This document shows, piece after piece, positions 32,180-40,666 of a DNA stretch of 60,475 bases. Position numbers and translations under genes: made by a program. Numbering within the stretch: the first letter of the stretch is position 1; the number at the start of each line of letters is the position of its first letter. Source of the stretch: Gemmatimonadaceae bacterium (GTDB lineage: Bacteria; Gemmatimonadota; Gemmatimonadetes; Gemmatimonadales; Gemmatimonadaceae). Below the pieces are notes generated by a model. It saw only the letters and a list, made by a program, of their open reading frames with translations, searched no databases and was not told where the DNA came from. The stretch covers positions 1 to 60,475 of the forward strand of contig JBBDYC010000001.1 of the NCBI GenBank assembly GCA_040901985.1, read 5' to 3'.

Positions 32180-33313
32180 TTATCGGCTGACGATCGGATC
32201 AGGATTGCCGTCCGGATCGCACTTGGCATAACCGTTCGTCTTTGCCGAGCCGAGCAACAGAACGCCCGCCGCATGCGGCGCAGCCATGGACGTACCACTG
32301 TACGTGGTGGTTCCGCCGCCTTTCTTGGTGGAAAGAACGCTCACGCCCGGCGCGGCGTAGTCCACTGGCGGGTTGCCCCAGTTGGACCAGCTGGGCATGC
32401 AGTCGTTGACGTCGATCGCGGAAATGGTGTAGATGTTGGTGCCCTCCGTGCGCGCGGGCGTGAAGTCCCCCGCGAAGGCGCCATCGTTCCCCGCGGCCAG
32501 CGCGAACCTGATGCCTTTCGCCGCGGCGTCCTGCACCGCTTTTTCCAGCGTGGCGTTCGAACCGCTGCCGCCCAGACTCATGTTGGCGACCTCACCCGAC
32601 ACCCCATTCGCGGCCACGTAGTTCACGCCGTTCACCACACCTTCCCATGTGCCGGAGCCACTGTTGTCGAGCACGCGCACCGCGCAGACGTACGCATTCG
32701 CGGCCACGCCAACGACGTCGATGCTGTTGTTGATCGCCGCAACCGTTCCGGCAACGTGCGTGCCGTGGCCGTTGCCGTCCTGCGGACTATCCTTGCCACG
32801 AGCCACGAAATTCGCGTGACATGCCCTGCTGGTGTTCAGATCCGCGTGGGCCAGGTCGATCCCGGTATCGATGATCCAGGCTGTCTTCCCTGTGCCATCA
32901 CCGGCGCCACCCACGCGGGTGATGCCCCACGGCGTCGACTGGCCGCCGCCACTCCCCGGGCGCGCCACCGCGCGCGGCACGATCAGGCTGACGGGTCCGT
33001 CGGGCTCCACGATCGCCACGCGTGAATCCGCCCGCAGGCGATCGGCCAACTGATCCGACATCATCGCGGAAAATCCGCGCGCGGCGTGCTCACGAACGCT
33101 CCGAATCGCGAAGCCGTTCAACGCCGCCATGCTCCCCGCGGTGCCGCGCACGTCCGTCACGTCATCGCTGAACGTCACCAGGTACACCCCGGCCTGGGCG
33201 CGCGCCGCCGCTCCCGCGTTCACATCCTGCAGTGCGGTCGGGGCATCGGGGGATGAGCACGACATCGTGACAGCCAGCACGCCGAGCACGCTTCCCGTCA
33301 TCCATCTGTTCAT
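32180..33313 (-). CDS. Subtilisin-like S8 serine protease with I9 propeptide, probable lipoprotein
   Basis: IIDTGID, GHGTHVAGT, SGTSMAAPH triad; lipobox-like VTMSC. Confidence 0.93.
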   Translation of the reverse strand: MNRWMTGSVLGVLAVTMSCSSPDAPTALQDVNAGAAARAQAGVYLVTFSDDVTDVRGTAGSMAALNGFAIRSVREHAARGFSAMMSDQLADRLRADSRVAIVEPDGPVSLIVPRAVARPGSGGGQSTPWGITRVGGAGDGTGKTAWIIDTGIDLAHADLNTSRACHANFVARGKDSPQDGNGHGTHVAGTVAAINNSIDVVGVAANAYVCAVRVLDNSGSGTWEGVVNGVNYVAANGVSGEVANMSLGGSGSNATLEKAVQDAAAKGIRFALAAGNDGAFAGDFTPARTEGTNIYTISAIDVNDCMPSWSNWGNPPVDYAAPGVSVLSTKKGGGTTTYSGTSMAAPHAAGVLLLGSAKTNGYAKCDPDGNPDPIVSR

Positions 33314-33523
33314 CGCGCACCTCTTCTGAAGTAAGGGGAGTATGCACTGGAGGTCGAGCCACCGTGCGCAAGGATGCTAAATTGCCGGCAAGCCGTCAAG
33401 ACTCAGGAGGCACCGGCAACCCCCGAATACATGACTTGCGCCCGTCAGTCGCCTGGCCTGCTCCTCATCCTCGTGCTGCTTCTCACGCCGGCACTCGCGC
33501 GCCACCCGGCCAGCGCGTCCCTT

Positions 33524-33779
33524 CGGGATGGGAAATTCAATCGGGGTCGCTCGGGTATCCGCCGGCCTTACGGCGCGATCGCCGACCACGCGCGGGCTGG
33601 CGGGCGCCCAGCGGCGTGTCCTCCGCCCCGCGGCCGCGTCTCGTGGGCCGTCGGCACGGCGGTTGTGCTGGGCGCCCAGTACTGAGGGGACCGATCGGAC
33701 GTCCCGGTGGGACTGACGCCCACGCCGAACGTCACCGCGCGTCGTCGGGGCGTCGGGGCGAGGCTCAGGGCGTGCGGTG
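33524..33779 (-). mobile_element. IS91/ISCR-like ori-end fragment (type B), 256 bp
   Basis: Near-copy of 31334-31595 including the last transposase codons and stop; same terminal ATTGAATTTCCCATCCCG. Confidence 0.8.
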
Positions 33780-33803
33780 AGACCCTCGGGTACCGGAAGT
33801 AGC

Positions 33804-34754
33804 TCAGTTTGGCCGATACCAGTCGTGCAGTCGCAGCCGATCGTGGATCATCCGGCTCACCTTGGCCTGGCCCGATGGGGCAGGGTGCACCCCGTCCGCC
33901 ACGTAGTCCGCCCGGTCGTAACAGGTCCCGCTCCGGTTGGTGACCCCGTCGGTGCAGGCCGGTGCCCAGAGGTAGGGGCCCCAGCCATACCAGACCCCGT
34001 CCACGGCGGGATGGGCCGCGAGCCAGCTGTTGAGGGCATGGCCCTCCTCATAGCTCAACGGTTCCCCACGGCCCACGGTCCCGGCAAAGCCACCGTAGCT
34101 CCGGGACGAGGTGTACACCGCCCGCACCGCCGGGAACTTGGCCTTCACTCTCGCCGAGAAGGCGGTCAGGTTGGCGACGAAGTTGTCGAAGTCGCTGCCG
34201 GGGGCGGGATAGGCGGGCAGCGCGGCCCCTCCCGAGCCCGTGGTGAACATGTTGGCCGCCTTGTGGTAGATCACCAGAACCTGATCGAGTCGGATGCCGG
34301 CCTGTCCCAGCTTCTGCTGGATGCAGCTGGTCCACAGGTTGCTGTCGAATGCCGGGTCGATCCACCGCTCGATCGCGTTTCCGCCCACCGCGCAGTTGGC
34401 CACCCGGACGGCGGGGTTCACCGCGCTGGCGTATTCCCCGCTCAATCGAAGTATCCAGTCGGCGCACTCCTGGTTGGAATTGCTCATCCCGATGCAGACC
34501 ACCCCGATGACCCCGTCGACCGGGGTGATGGTCGGTTCCAGGCTCGGGGTGAGCCGGAGCCGGAGTCCCTTGTAACTGCCGGGGGTCTGGGCCCCATCGT
34601 CGCCTCGGTCAATGGGGTACGGCTGGGTGACATCAGGGCCGGGAGACGGCGAATTCAGGTCGGGTTCGGTGATTCCGGAGTCGGCACAGCCCACGGCGAG
34701 GAATGCCGTCAGGCCGAGGACACGATGGAGGGGCACTCTACCGTTGTCTAACAT
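33804..34754 (-). CDS. Lipoprotein with SGNH/GDSL-like hydrolase fold
   Basis: LAVGC lipobox, CIGMSN (block I-like), DGVHP (block V); start uncertain. Confidence 0.6.
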   Translation of the reverse strand: MLDNGRVPLHRVLGLTAFLAVGCADSGITEPDLNSPSPGPDVTQPYPIDRGDDGAQTPGSYKGLRLRLTPSLEPTITPVDGVIGVVCIGMSNSNQECADWILRLSGEYASAVNPAVRVANCAVGGNAIERWIDPAFDSNLWTSCIQQKLGQAGIRLDQVLVIYHKAANMFTTGSGGAALPAYPAPGSDFDNFVANLTAFSARVKAKFPAVRAVYTSSRSYGGFAGTVGRGEPLSYEEGHALNSWLAAHPAVDGVWYGWGPYLWAPACTDGVTNRSGTCYDRADYVADGVHPAPSGQAKVSRMIHDRLRLHDWYRPN

Positions 34755-35003
34755 TACGACACTCCGCTGGCTTGGGGCTACCTGGAAGGACGGCGGAAGC
34801 CCGGCGGCGTTAACGCCACTCTATCGTGGGGCGGGACCTCGGTCGGAGTCAGCGGTGAGCGGAGGGGGATGCCCGCATCGAGCAGCATCCAGTATTCGAC
34901 CTGTTCGGAGACCCGCGTCATCTCCAGGAAGGACTCGAAGTGTCCTCTTCCCCTTGAGGGGGACCACTGAGAGTTAGACTATGGCGATGACCAAGGAGAC
35001 GTC

Positions 35004-35270
35004 ATGCGCCGTTCGAAGTTCAGTGAGTCCCAGATTGTCGCGGTTCTGAAGGAAGTCGAGGCCGGGGTCCCGGTGGCGGAGGTGATCCGGAAGCAGGGGA
35101 TCAGCCGGGCGACGTTCTTCACCTGGCGGGCCAAGTACGGCGGCGCGACCGTCGCTGAGCTCAAGCGCCTGAAGGAACTCGAGCAGGAGAATGCCCGGCT
35201 CAAGCGAATGTACGCGGATCTCGCGATGGAGAACGCGGCGATCAAGGAGGTCCTCGGTCGCAAGCTGTAA
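35004..35270 (+). CDS. IS3 transposase OrfA (HTH)
   Basis: MRRSKFSESQIV..LKE.EAG, GIS.ATFF.W..KYGG, LKELEQEN.RLKRMYA. Confidence 0.93.
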   Translation: MRRSKFSESQIVAVLKEVEAGVPVAEVIRKQGISRATFFTWRAKYGGATVAELKRLKELEQENARLKRMYADLAMENAAIKEVLGRKL

Positions 35271-35290
35271 CGCCGCCCGCGGCGCGGCAG

Positions 35291-36097
35291 GTGATCGCCA
35301 TCCTGGTGGACGAAGGGCTCTCGGTGCGCCGAGCCTGCCAGGTGGCATCCCTCGCGCGGGCGGCGTACTACCGACCGCTGCAGGACCGGCTCGATCGCGA
35401 CGGCGAGATCATCGCCGCGCTGTCGGCGCTCGTCGCCGAACTGCCCCAGTGGGGCTTTGGGCTCTGCTACCAGCATCTGCGCAACGCCGGACATCCGTGG
35501 AATCGAAAGCGCGTGCTGCGCGTGTATCGCCAGCTGCGGCTGCACCTGCCGCGGCGGGCGAAGAAGCGCGTGCCGACGCGGGTGAAGCAGCCGCTCGACG
35601 CGCCGCCGATCCTCAATCGCGTCTGGGGCATCGATTTCATGTCGAACCAGCTGTACACCGGGCCGCGCTTCCGCACGATGAACGTGGTCGACGAGGGGAA
35701 TCGCGAGGCGCTCGCCGTGGAGATCGCCTGGAGCTTTCCGGCGGTGCGCGTCGTGGCGATACTCGACCAGCTCGTCGCCCTGTATGGGGCGCCGGACGCG
35801 CTACGGCTAGACAACGGGCCCGAGATGATCAGGGAGGTCCTGCGCGCGTGGGCCGCGCAGCACGGCGTGCGCTTGCTCTTCATCCAGCCGGGCAAGCCGA
35901 CGCAGAACGCCTACATCGAACGTTTCAACGGGACCTATCGCCGGGAAGTGCTCGACGCCTATATCTTCCGCTCGCTGGCCGATGTGCGCTTCGAGACCGA
36001 GCACTGGCTCCCAATCTACAACACGCGGCGACCCCATGAGAGCCTTGGCGGGGTCCCACCGCTCACCTTCCTGCCGAGGCCATCGGTCGCCGCGTAG
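35291..36097 (+). CDS. IS3 transposase OrfB (DDE integrase core)
   Basis: WGIDFMS, DNGPE, PGKPTQNAYIERFNG, YN..RPH. Confidence 0.93.
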   Translation: MIAILVDEGLSVRRACQVASLARAAYYRPLQDRLDRDGEIIAALSALVAELPQWGFGLCYQHLRNAGHPWNRKRVLRVYRQLRLHLPRRAKKRVPTRVKQPLDAPPILNRVWGIDFMSNQLYTGPRFRTMNVVDEGNREALAVEIAWSFPAVRVVAILDQLVALYGAPDALRLDNGPEMIREVLRAWAAQHGVRLLFIQPGKPTQNAYIERFNGTYRREVLDAYIFRSLADVRFETEHWLPIYNTRRPHESLGGVPPLTFLPRPSVAA

Positions 36098-36135
36098 TCC
36101 AGCAATCGCTGGTCCCCCTCAAGGGGAAGAGGACA

Positions 36136-36433
36136 ATGCGCCGTCAGGCCGAGCCCGCCACCGTCAATGCGCTGCCCGACATCGTCCCGGCACCGAGGCT
36201 GGCGCCCACCGAGGCCACCCGTCGCTGGGCGGCGTTGCTGCAGCAGATCTTCGAGGTCGACCCGCTCGCCTGCCCGCCGTGCAGACGGCCCACGAGACGC
36301 GGCCGCGGGGCGGAGGGCACGCCGCCGGGCGCCCGCCAGCCCTCGCGTGGTCGGCGATCGCGCCGGATGTTCGACGGATACCCGAGCGACCCGGACGGAT
36401 ACCCGAGCGACCCCGATTGAATTTCCTATCCCG
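36136..36433 (+). mobile_element. IS91/ISCR-like remnant (type B, inverted, internally deleted) with ori end
   Basis: MRRQAEP...QIFEVDPLAC matches the 31581 transposase; ends ATTGAATTTCCTATCCCG; 21-bp tandem duplication at 36373-36414. Confidence 0.85.
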
Positions 36434-36520
36434 ACCCGTTGGGTGACAACACCACAGAGGTCGGGCGCGAGGCGAACCGGCGGATCACGCTGCAGATCGA
36501 TCCGATCCGGCCCTGGGGCG
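36430..36520 (+). pseudogene. C-terminal fragment of OmpA/MotB-like peptidoglycan-binding domain gene
   Basis: PLGDNTTEVGREANRRI resembles the OmpA-C motif P.ADN.T.EGR..NRRV; begins at the ori-end junction. Confidence 0.55.
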
Positions 36521-36587
36521 ACGTCCTCGCGTCGGCTCAGATGACCCGCGAGCGCAGCAAGACCCACGCGGGACACTCGCGCCCCCG

Positions 36588-39527
36588 CTACCGCCGTGCC
36601 TGCGCTCCCGTCTCCACGGGCCCGAACACCCGATCCAGGAACGCATTGATCGGCGGCACGCGCACTTCGACCGGCGGGTTGTGCCCCACCCCGTCCAGCA
36701 GCACGAGCTCCTTCGGCTCGCGCAAGAGGTTCCAGAGCGGCAGTCCGCGTGAGAGCCAGGGATGCTCCTCGTCCAACTGCCCATTGATCACGAGTTTCGG
36801 CACGCGGATGTACGGTGCGAAGTTGAAGTTCGCCGCCTCGGGCAGCGTCGGCTGTATGCGTTCGTCGATCCCCGCGCCGGCGAATATGACCGCCTTGAAG
36901 CGATCATCCAACGCCGCGAAGACCAGTCGCGATCCCGCGCCCCAGCTGAGTCCATAATACGCGACCCGCGTCGTGTCGACCTCGGTCCGCGTCGAGAGAT
37001 AGTCCAGCGACATCCGCAGTTCCGTCGCGTGCCGCACCATCTGGTCGCGGAACCCGACCGAGGGTGGCGGCGCGGGCGTCGCGCCCGACGGGAATGGACG
37101 CTCGATCATCCCGTCGAACACGGGCGCGAGCAACGCCCGCCCCGCCTTGATGTGCGGTCCCAGATCGGCCTCTACCGTCGTCCACACCGGCTCGAAGAAG
37201 AACGCCCCGGAGCTCGACACGTACACGATCGTCTGGAAGGGCGCACGGGCGCGCGTGGGGAGATAGAGATAGACGAGGATCGAGTCGCCGGCGACGCCGT
37301 CGATCCAGAGCCGTTCGCGCGTCCAGTCCGGCGTCGTATCCGTCCGGACGACGCGCGCGTTCGCGGGCTGGCGGTCGTAGCGGTAGAAGCCGAGCAGGGT
37401 CCGATACGTGGCCGCGTCGACCGGGCGGTACGAGGGAGTAGGTATCTGGATCAGCACCGGGCCAGCCCCCTGATCGCCGCCTTCCGAGGAAGGGTCCGCA
37501 TTGCGCGCGCACCGGAACCCGATGGCCGGCGAGGCCGACTCGCCCGGCAGCGATCCGAGCACCGCGAAGAGATACGCCGGGTCCTGCCAGGAGCCGCCGG
37601 TGGCCGAGTAGCCGTCGGGCCCCGGGTTCTGCAACCACTCCTTCGCGTTCCCGGCGAGCGCGTGGACGCCGTAGGGGCTGATTCCGAATGGGAAGGCGTC
37701 GACCGGGGCCGTGCCGGAGCCGCCAAAGTTCGCGCGACGCCCTGTGCTGACTGTCGCCGACATGTATCCCCACGGCATGATGACTCCCCACGGCGAGACG
37801 ATCCCGTCGCGCGAGGCCTTCTCCCATTCATACAAGGTCGGCAGCCGCTTCCCGTGGGACACACAGAACGCGGCCGCCTCGAACCACGACACACCCGTCA
37901 CCGGATGGTCGGCACGCTCGGCCGGCGGCTCCTGACTCACCCAGTCACGGGGCGCCCTGAGCCCGGTGCGATCGACGAATCGCGACGGGGCGATCCCCGC
38001 TGCGGTCGCGGCACCCCAGTACTCCGCCTGCCCGTAGCCGCCCCTGCGCACGAACTCGCGATACTGCGCATTGCTCACCTCGAACCGGTCGAGGAAGTAC
38101 GGACGCAGGTCAGCGGCCATTCCCAGCGGAAGGGCCGGACCGACGATCTCGTAACGTCCGCCCGGGATGGCGACCATCCCTTCCGGCACGCTGTCGGCAG
38201 GGAGCAGCGCGAGCGAGAGGGAGACCCGACGCCCGTCGACACCCGGAACGTTCTCGCGGCCGAAGAGACTCGACGCGATGCGCTCGAGTGGTGCGTAGCG
38301 CTCCTTCCGCACGACCAGCCGGAACTCGCCGCGCGCGATCCGCCGCGCCGTGATCGGGGTGGTGCCGAAGCGAACGCTGTCGCCTACGGGCTCCGCGCCC
38401 GAAGGGATCCGCTGTATCCAGACCTCTGCGCCGGCCGGGTCGCTCGTGACCGTGAGCAGGTCGGAGACCGTCGCAAGGAGCGCCACGAGCGTGCTGTCGT
38501 CCCCGAGCCGACGCTCGGCGCGCTCGGCCAGCGCGAATGCGTCGGGGTAGCGCCCGGCTGCCGCGAGCGCCGCGATCTCCGGCAGCAACTCTCGCGCCTT
38601 CCCCGTCTGTGCGCTCGACCAGAGTGGCCAGACGGTCGCTGCGACGATGGCGAGCGCGACGGCCCCGATCGCCACCAGTTTCCCGGGACTCACCGTCGCA
38701 ACGACCGGCAGCGCACACGCGGCGATGAACTCGTTCGGGGTCGCGAATCGCTCGCCCGGCGACTTGGCCAGCGCACGCTGCAGCGCGGCCTCCACCTCGC
38801 TCGGCACGTCCGTCCGCAGGGCACGGACCGAGCGCGGCGGGTCGGCCATGATCTGGACCATCACCGACTGCACGTTCGGGCCGGTGAACACCGGCTCACC
38901 GGCAAGCATCTCGAACAACACACAGGCGAGCGAGTACACATCGCTCCGCCCGTCGAGCGGCTGGTCGGCCGAGACCTGCTCCGGACTCATGTACGTCGGC
39001 GTGCCGAGCGAGATCCCCACCGACGTCAGGCGTCCGCGATCGACGTGGGAGAGCGCCAGTGCGATGCCGAAGTCCGCGACGAGCGCTTCGTTCCCGGTGA
39101 GCAGGATGTTGTCCGGCTTGATGTCTCGATGGATCACGCCGCGACTGTGCGCCGCCGTGAGCGCCGAGGCGACGTCCCCGGCGATGCGGAGCGCGTCGGC
39201 GAACGGGAGCTTCTTGTCGCGGTGGAGCCGGGCGCGGAGCGACTCGCCTTCGACGTACGGCATCACGTAGAAGAACAGGCCGTCCGCCTCACCGGAATCG
39301 AACAGCGGCAGGATGTGCGGGTGTTGCAGCCCGGCCGTGACCTCGATCTCCTGCAGGAAGCGATCGCTGCCGAGTGCGGCGCTCAACGCGGGGAGCAGGA
39401 CCTTGATCGCGACCTGTCGACGATGCTTCAGATCCTCGGCCAGATACACGGTCGCCGTGCCGCCGCGACCGAGCTCGCGGACGACGCGGTAGCGGTCGGG
39501 GAGAGAGGGAAGGCTGGCCGTGGTCAT
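36588..39527 (-). CDS. Ser/Thr kinase fused to FGE-sulfatase-like domain and C-terminal alpha/beta hydrolase
   Basis: Kinase motifs; TM; FEVSNAQY..F, HPVTGVSW.EA..FC, RLPT..EWEKA, GNAKEW, IGFRC; GLSWG, GQLD, GHNPP. Confidence 0.9.
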   Translation of the reverse strand: MTTASLPSLPDRYRVVRELGRGGTATVYLAEDLKHRRQVAIKVLLPALSAALGSDRFLQEIEVTAGLQHPHILPLFDSGEADGLFFYVMPYVEGESLRARLHRDKKLPFADALRIAGDVASALTAAHSRGVIHRDIKPDNILLTGNEALVADFGIALALSHVDRGRLTSVGISLGTPTYMSPEQVSADQPLDGRSDVYSLACVLFEMLAGEPVFTGPNVQSVMVQIMADPPRSVRALRTDVPSEVEAALQRALAKSPGERFATPNEFIAACALPVVATVSPGKLVAIGAVALAIVAATVWPLWSSAQTGKARELLPEIAALAAAGRYPDAFALAERAERRLGDDSTLVALLATVSDLLTVTSDPAGAEVWIQRIPSGAEPVGDSVRFGTTPITARRIARGEFRLVVRKERYAPLERIASSLFGRENVPGVDGRRVSLSLALLPADSVPEGMVAIPGGRYEIVGPALPLGMAADLRPYFLDRFEVSNAQYREFVRRGGYGQAEYWGAATAAGIAPSRFVDRTGLRAPRDWVSQEPPAERADHPVTGVSWFEAAAFCVSHGKRLPTLYEWEKASRDGIVSPWGVIMPWGYMSATVSTGRRANFGGSGTAPVDAFPFGISPYGVHALAGNAKEWLQNPGPDGYSATGGSWQDPAYLFAVLGSLPGESASPAIGFRCARNADPSSEGGDQGAGPVLIQIPTPSYRPVDAATYRTLLGFYRYDRQPANARVVRTDTTPDWTRERLWIDGVAGDSILVYLYLPTRARAPFQTIVYVSSSGAFFFEPVWTTVEADLGPHIKAGRALLAPVFDGMIERPFPSGATPAPPPSVGFRDQMVRHATELRMSLDYLSTRTEVDTTRVAYYGLSWGAGSRLVFAALDDRFKAVIFAGAGIDERIQPTLPEAANFNFAPYIRVPKLVINGQLDEEHPWLSRGLPLWNLLREPKELVLLDGVGHNPPVEVRVPPINAFLDRVFGPVETGAQARR

Positions 39528-39600
39528 CGCGAGACCAAGTTGCGGACCGCGCGCCTTTCGCGCCACCCTCGCCTCACGGTGCGGATCGCTGCCTCCCGCT

Positions 39601-40045
39601 CGGGATAGAAAGTTCAATCGCGGTGTGGGAAGTATTTCGCGTGCGCGCGCGCACGGCGAGGGCGGCGGGCACCGGCGGCGGCAATACAACGGGCGGCGGG
39701 GCGGCCTTATCCGGCACGCCGGTCGCCGGCCGGGCTCCGGCTGGCGGCCAGGTAAGGCGACGGCCGGACCTCCGGGCACGCCGCGAGCCCCCGCGGGGTT
39801 GGGTGGGGGGGACCACCGGGTACCGTCAGGGGGCGCGCAGGGCGTCGGCGGGTGCGCTGGCAGGCCCCGGCGCGCCGGGGCCCGCGTCGAGGGGGACTCC
39901 GCGCGCCGGCCGGGGTCGCGCGTGCGGCGCGGGTGCGGAGGTGCGTGAGGATCTGGTCAATCGCCGACGGCTGGCTGATGAAGGCGAGAATCCGCATAAG
40001 CCCGCGGCACGTCGGGCACCCGAGGGGGTCGACCTCGAAGATCTG
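39601..40045 (-). mobile_element. IS91/ISCR-like remnant (type A): transposase C-terminus plus ori end
   Basis: QIFEVDPLGCPTCRGLMRILAFISQPSAIDQILTHL; ends ATTGAACTTTCTATCCCG. Confidence 0.82.
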
Positions 40046-40594
40046 TACTGCGCCGCGCACTAGCTGTACGGGCGTCTCCACGGACTCGGCGGCCTTCGGC
40101 CCGCGACGGCAATCTTCGGCGGCTCGCTCGGCGGGTCCGCGGTCGGCGAGGCCAAGACGTTCCATCAGATCCAGGACCTGACCGGGAAGTCGCCGGAGGA
40201 GATTGCGGCGGATCTGAGGGTGTGGTTCGCCGAGTCGGACCCGATCACCGACTTCAACGCATTCTTCGAACGCGTCGCCGTCCACGTGAAACGCAACAAC
40301 CTGGTATTGGCCCCGTTGAACGTGGTGATGTTCTCCGACAGCGTTCCGGACTTTCCGGGTGCCCGGGTCCGAGGCGACTCGCTCTATGCGAGGGTGAACC
40401 TCGGTCCGCTGGTTTGCCTCTCCCGGAGCGTAACGGTCCGGCTGCTGTATGCCACGCCGACCGTCTCGCAGAGCTGGGAGGAGCACGTGCTGCGGAAACG
40501 GGTGCGGCTCTGGACGCAGGACGCGCAGACGGCGCTCTGGGATTGGACGCGGGAGATTGTGGACTTCCGGGTGCGGCGGCCGCGGGTGATCTGA
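40046..40594 (+). pseudogene. 5'-truncated hypothetical gene with internal stop
   Basis: Frame of ORF 40220-40594 stays protein-like back to the IS91-remnant junction, with one TAG at ~40061 and no native start. Confidence 0.45.
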
Positions 40595-40666
40595 GGCGGC
40601 CGGGCCGTGGCGTGCGCAGGCGGGGGCGCGTGCACGACGCTCTCGCCCGTGTCGTATCTTCGTGTG

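Larger units (their letters stand above)
34941..36135 (+). mobile_element. IS3-family insertion sequence, apparently intact, 1195 bp
   Basis: Perfect 26-bp terminal IRs TGTCCTCTTCCCCTTGAGGGGGACCA (34941-34966, 36110-36135); TG...CA ends; orfA+orfB. Confidence 0.95.

Noticed and set aside
37490..38120. FGE/C-type-lectin domain as a diversity-generating retroelement target
   Set aside because: No reverse transcriptase and no template-repeat copy seen in the window; the domain is internal rather than C-terminal.
28798..40045. Repeats as a CRISPR array or integron attC sites
   Set aside because: Repeats are 150-760 bp, kilobases apart and joined to IS91 transposase remnants; no cas or intI gene and no RYYYAAC/GTTRRRY box pairs recognised.
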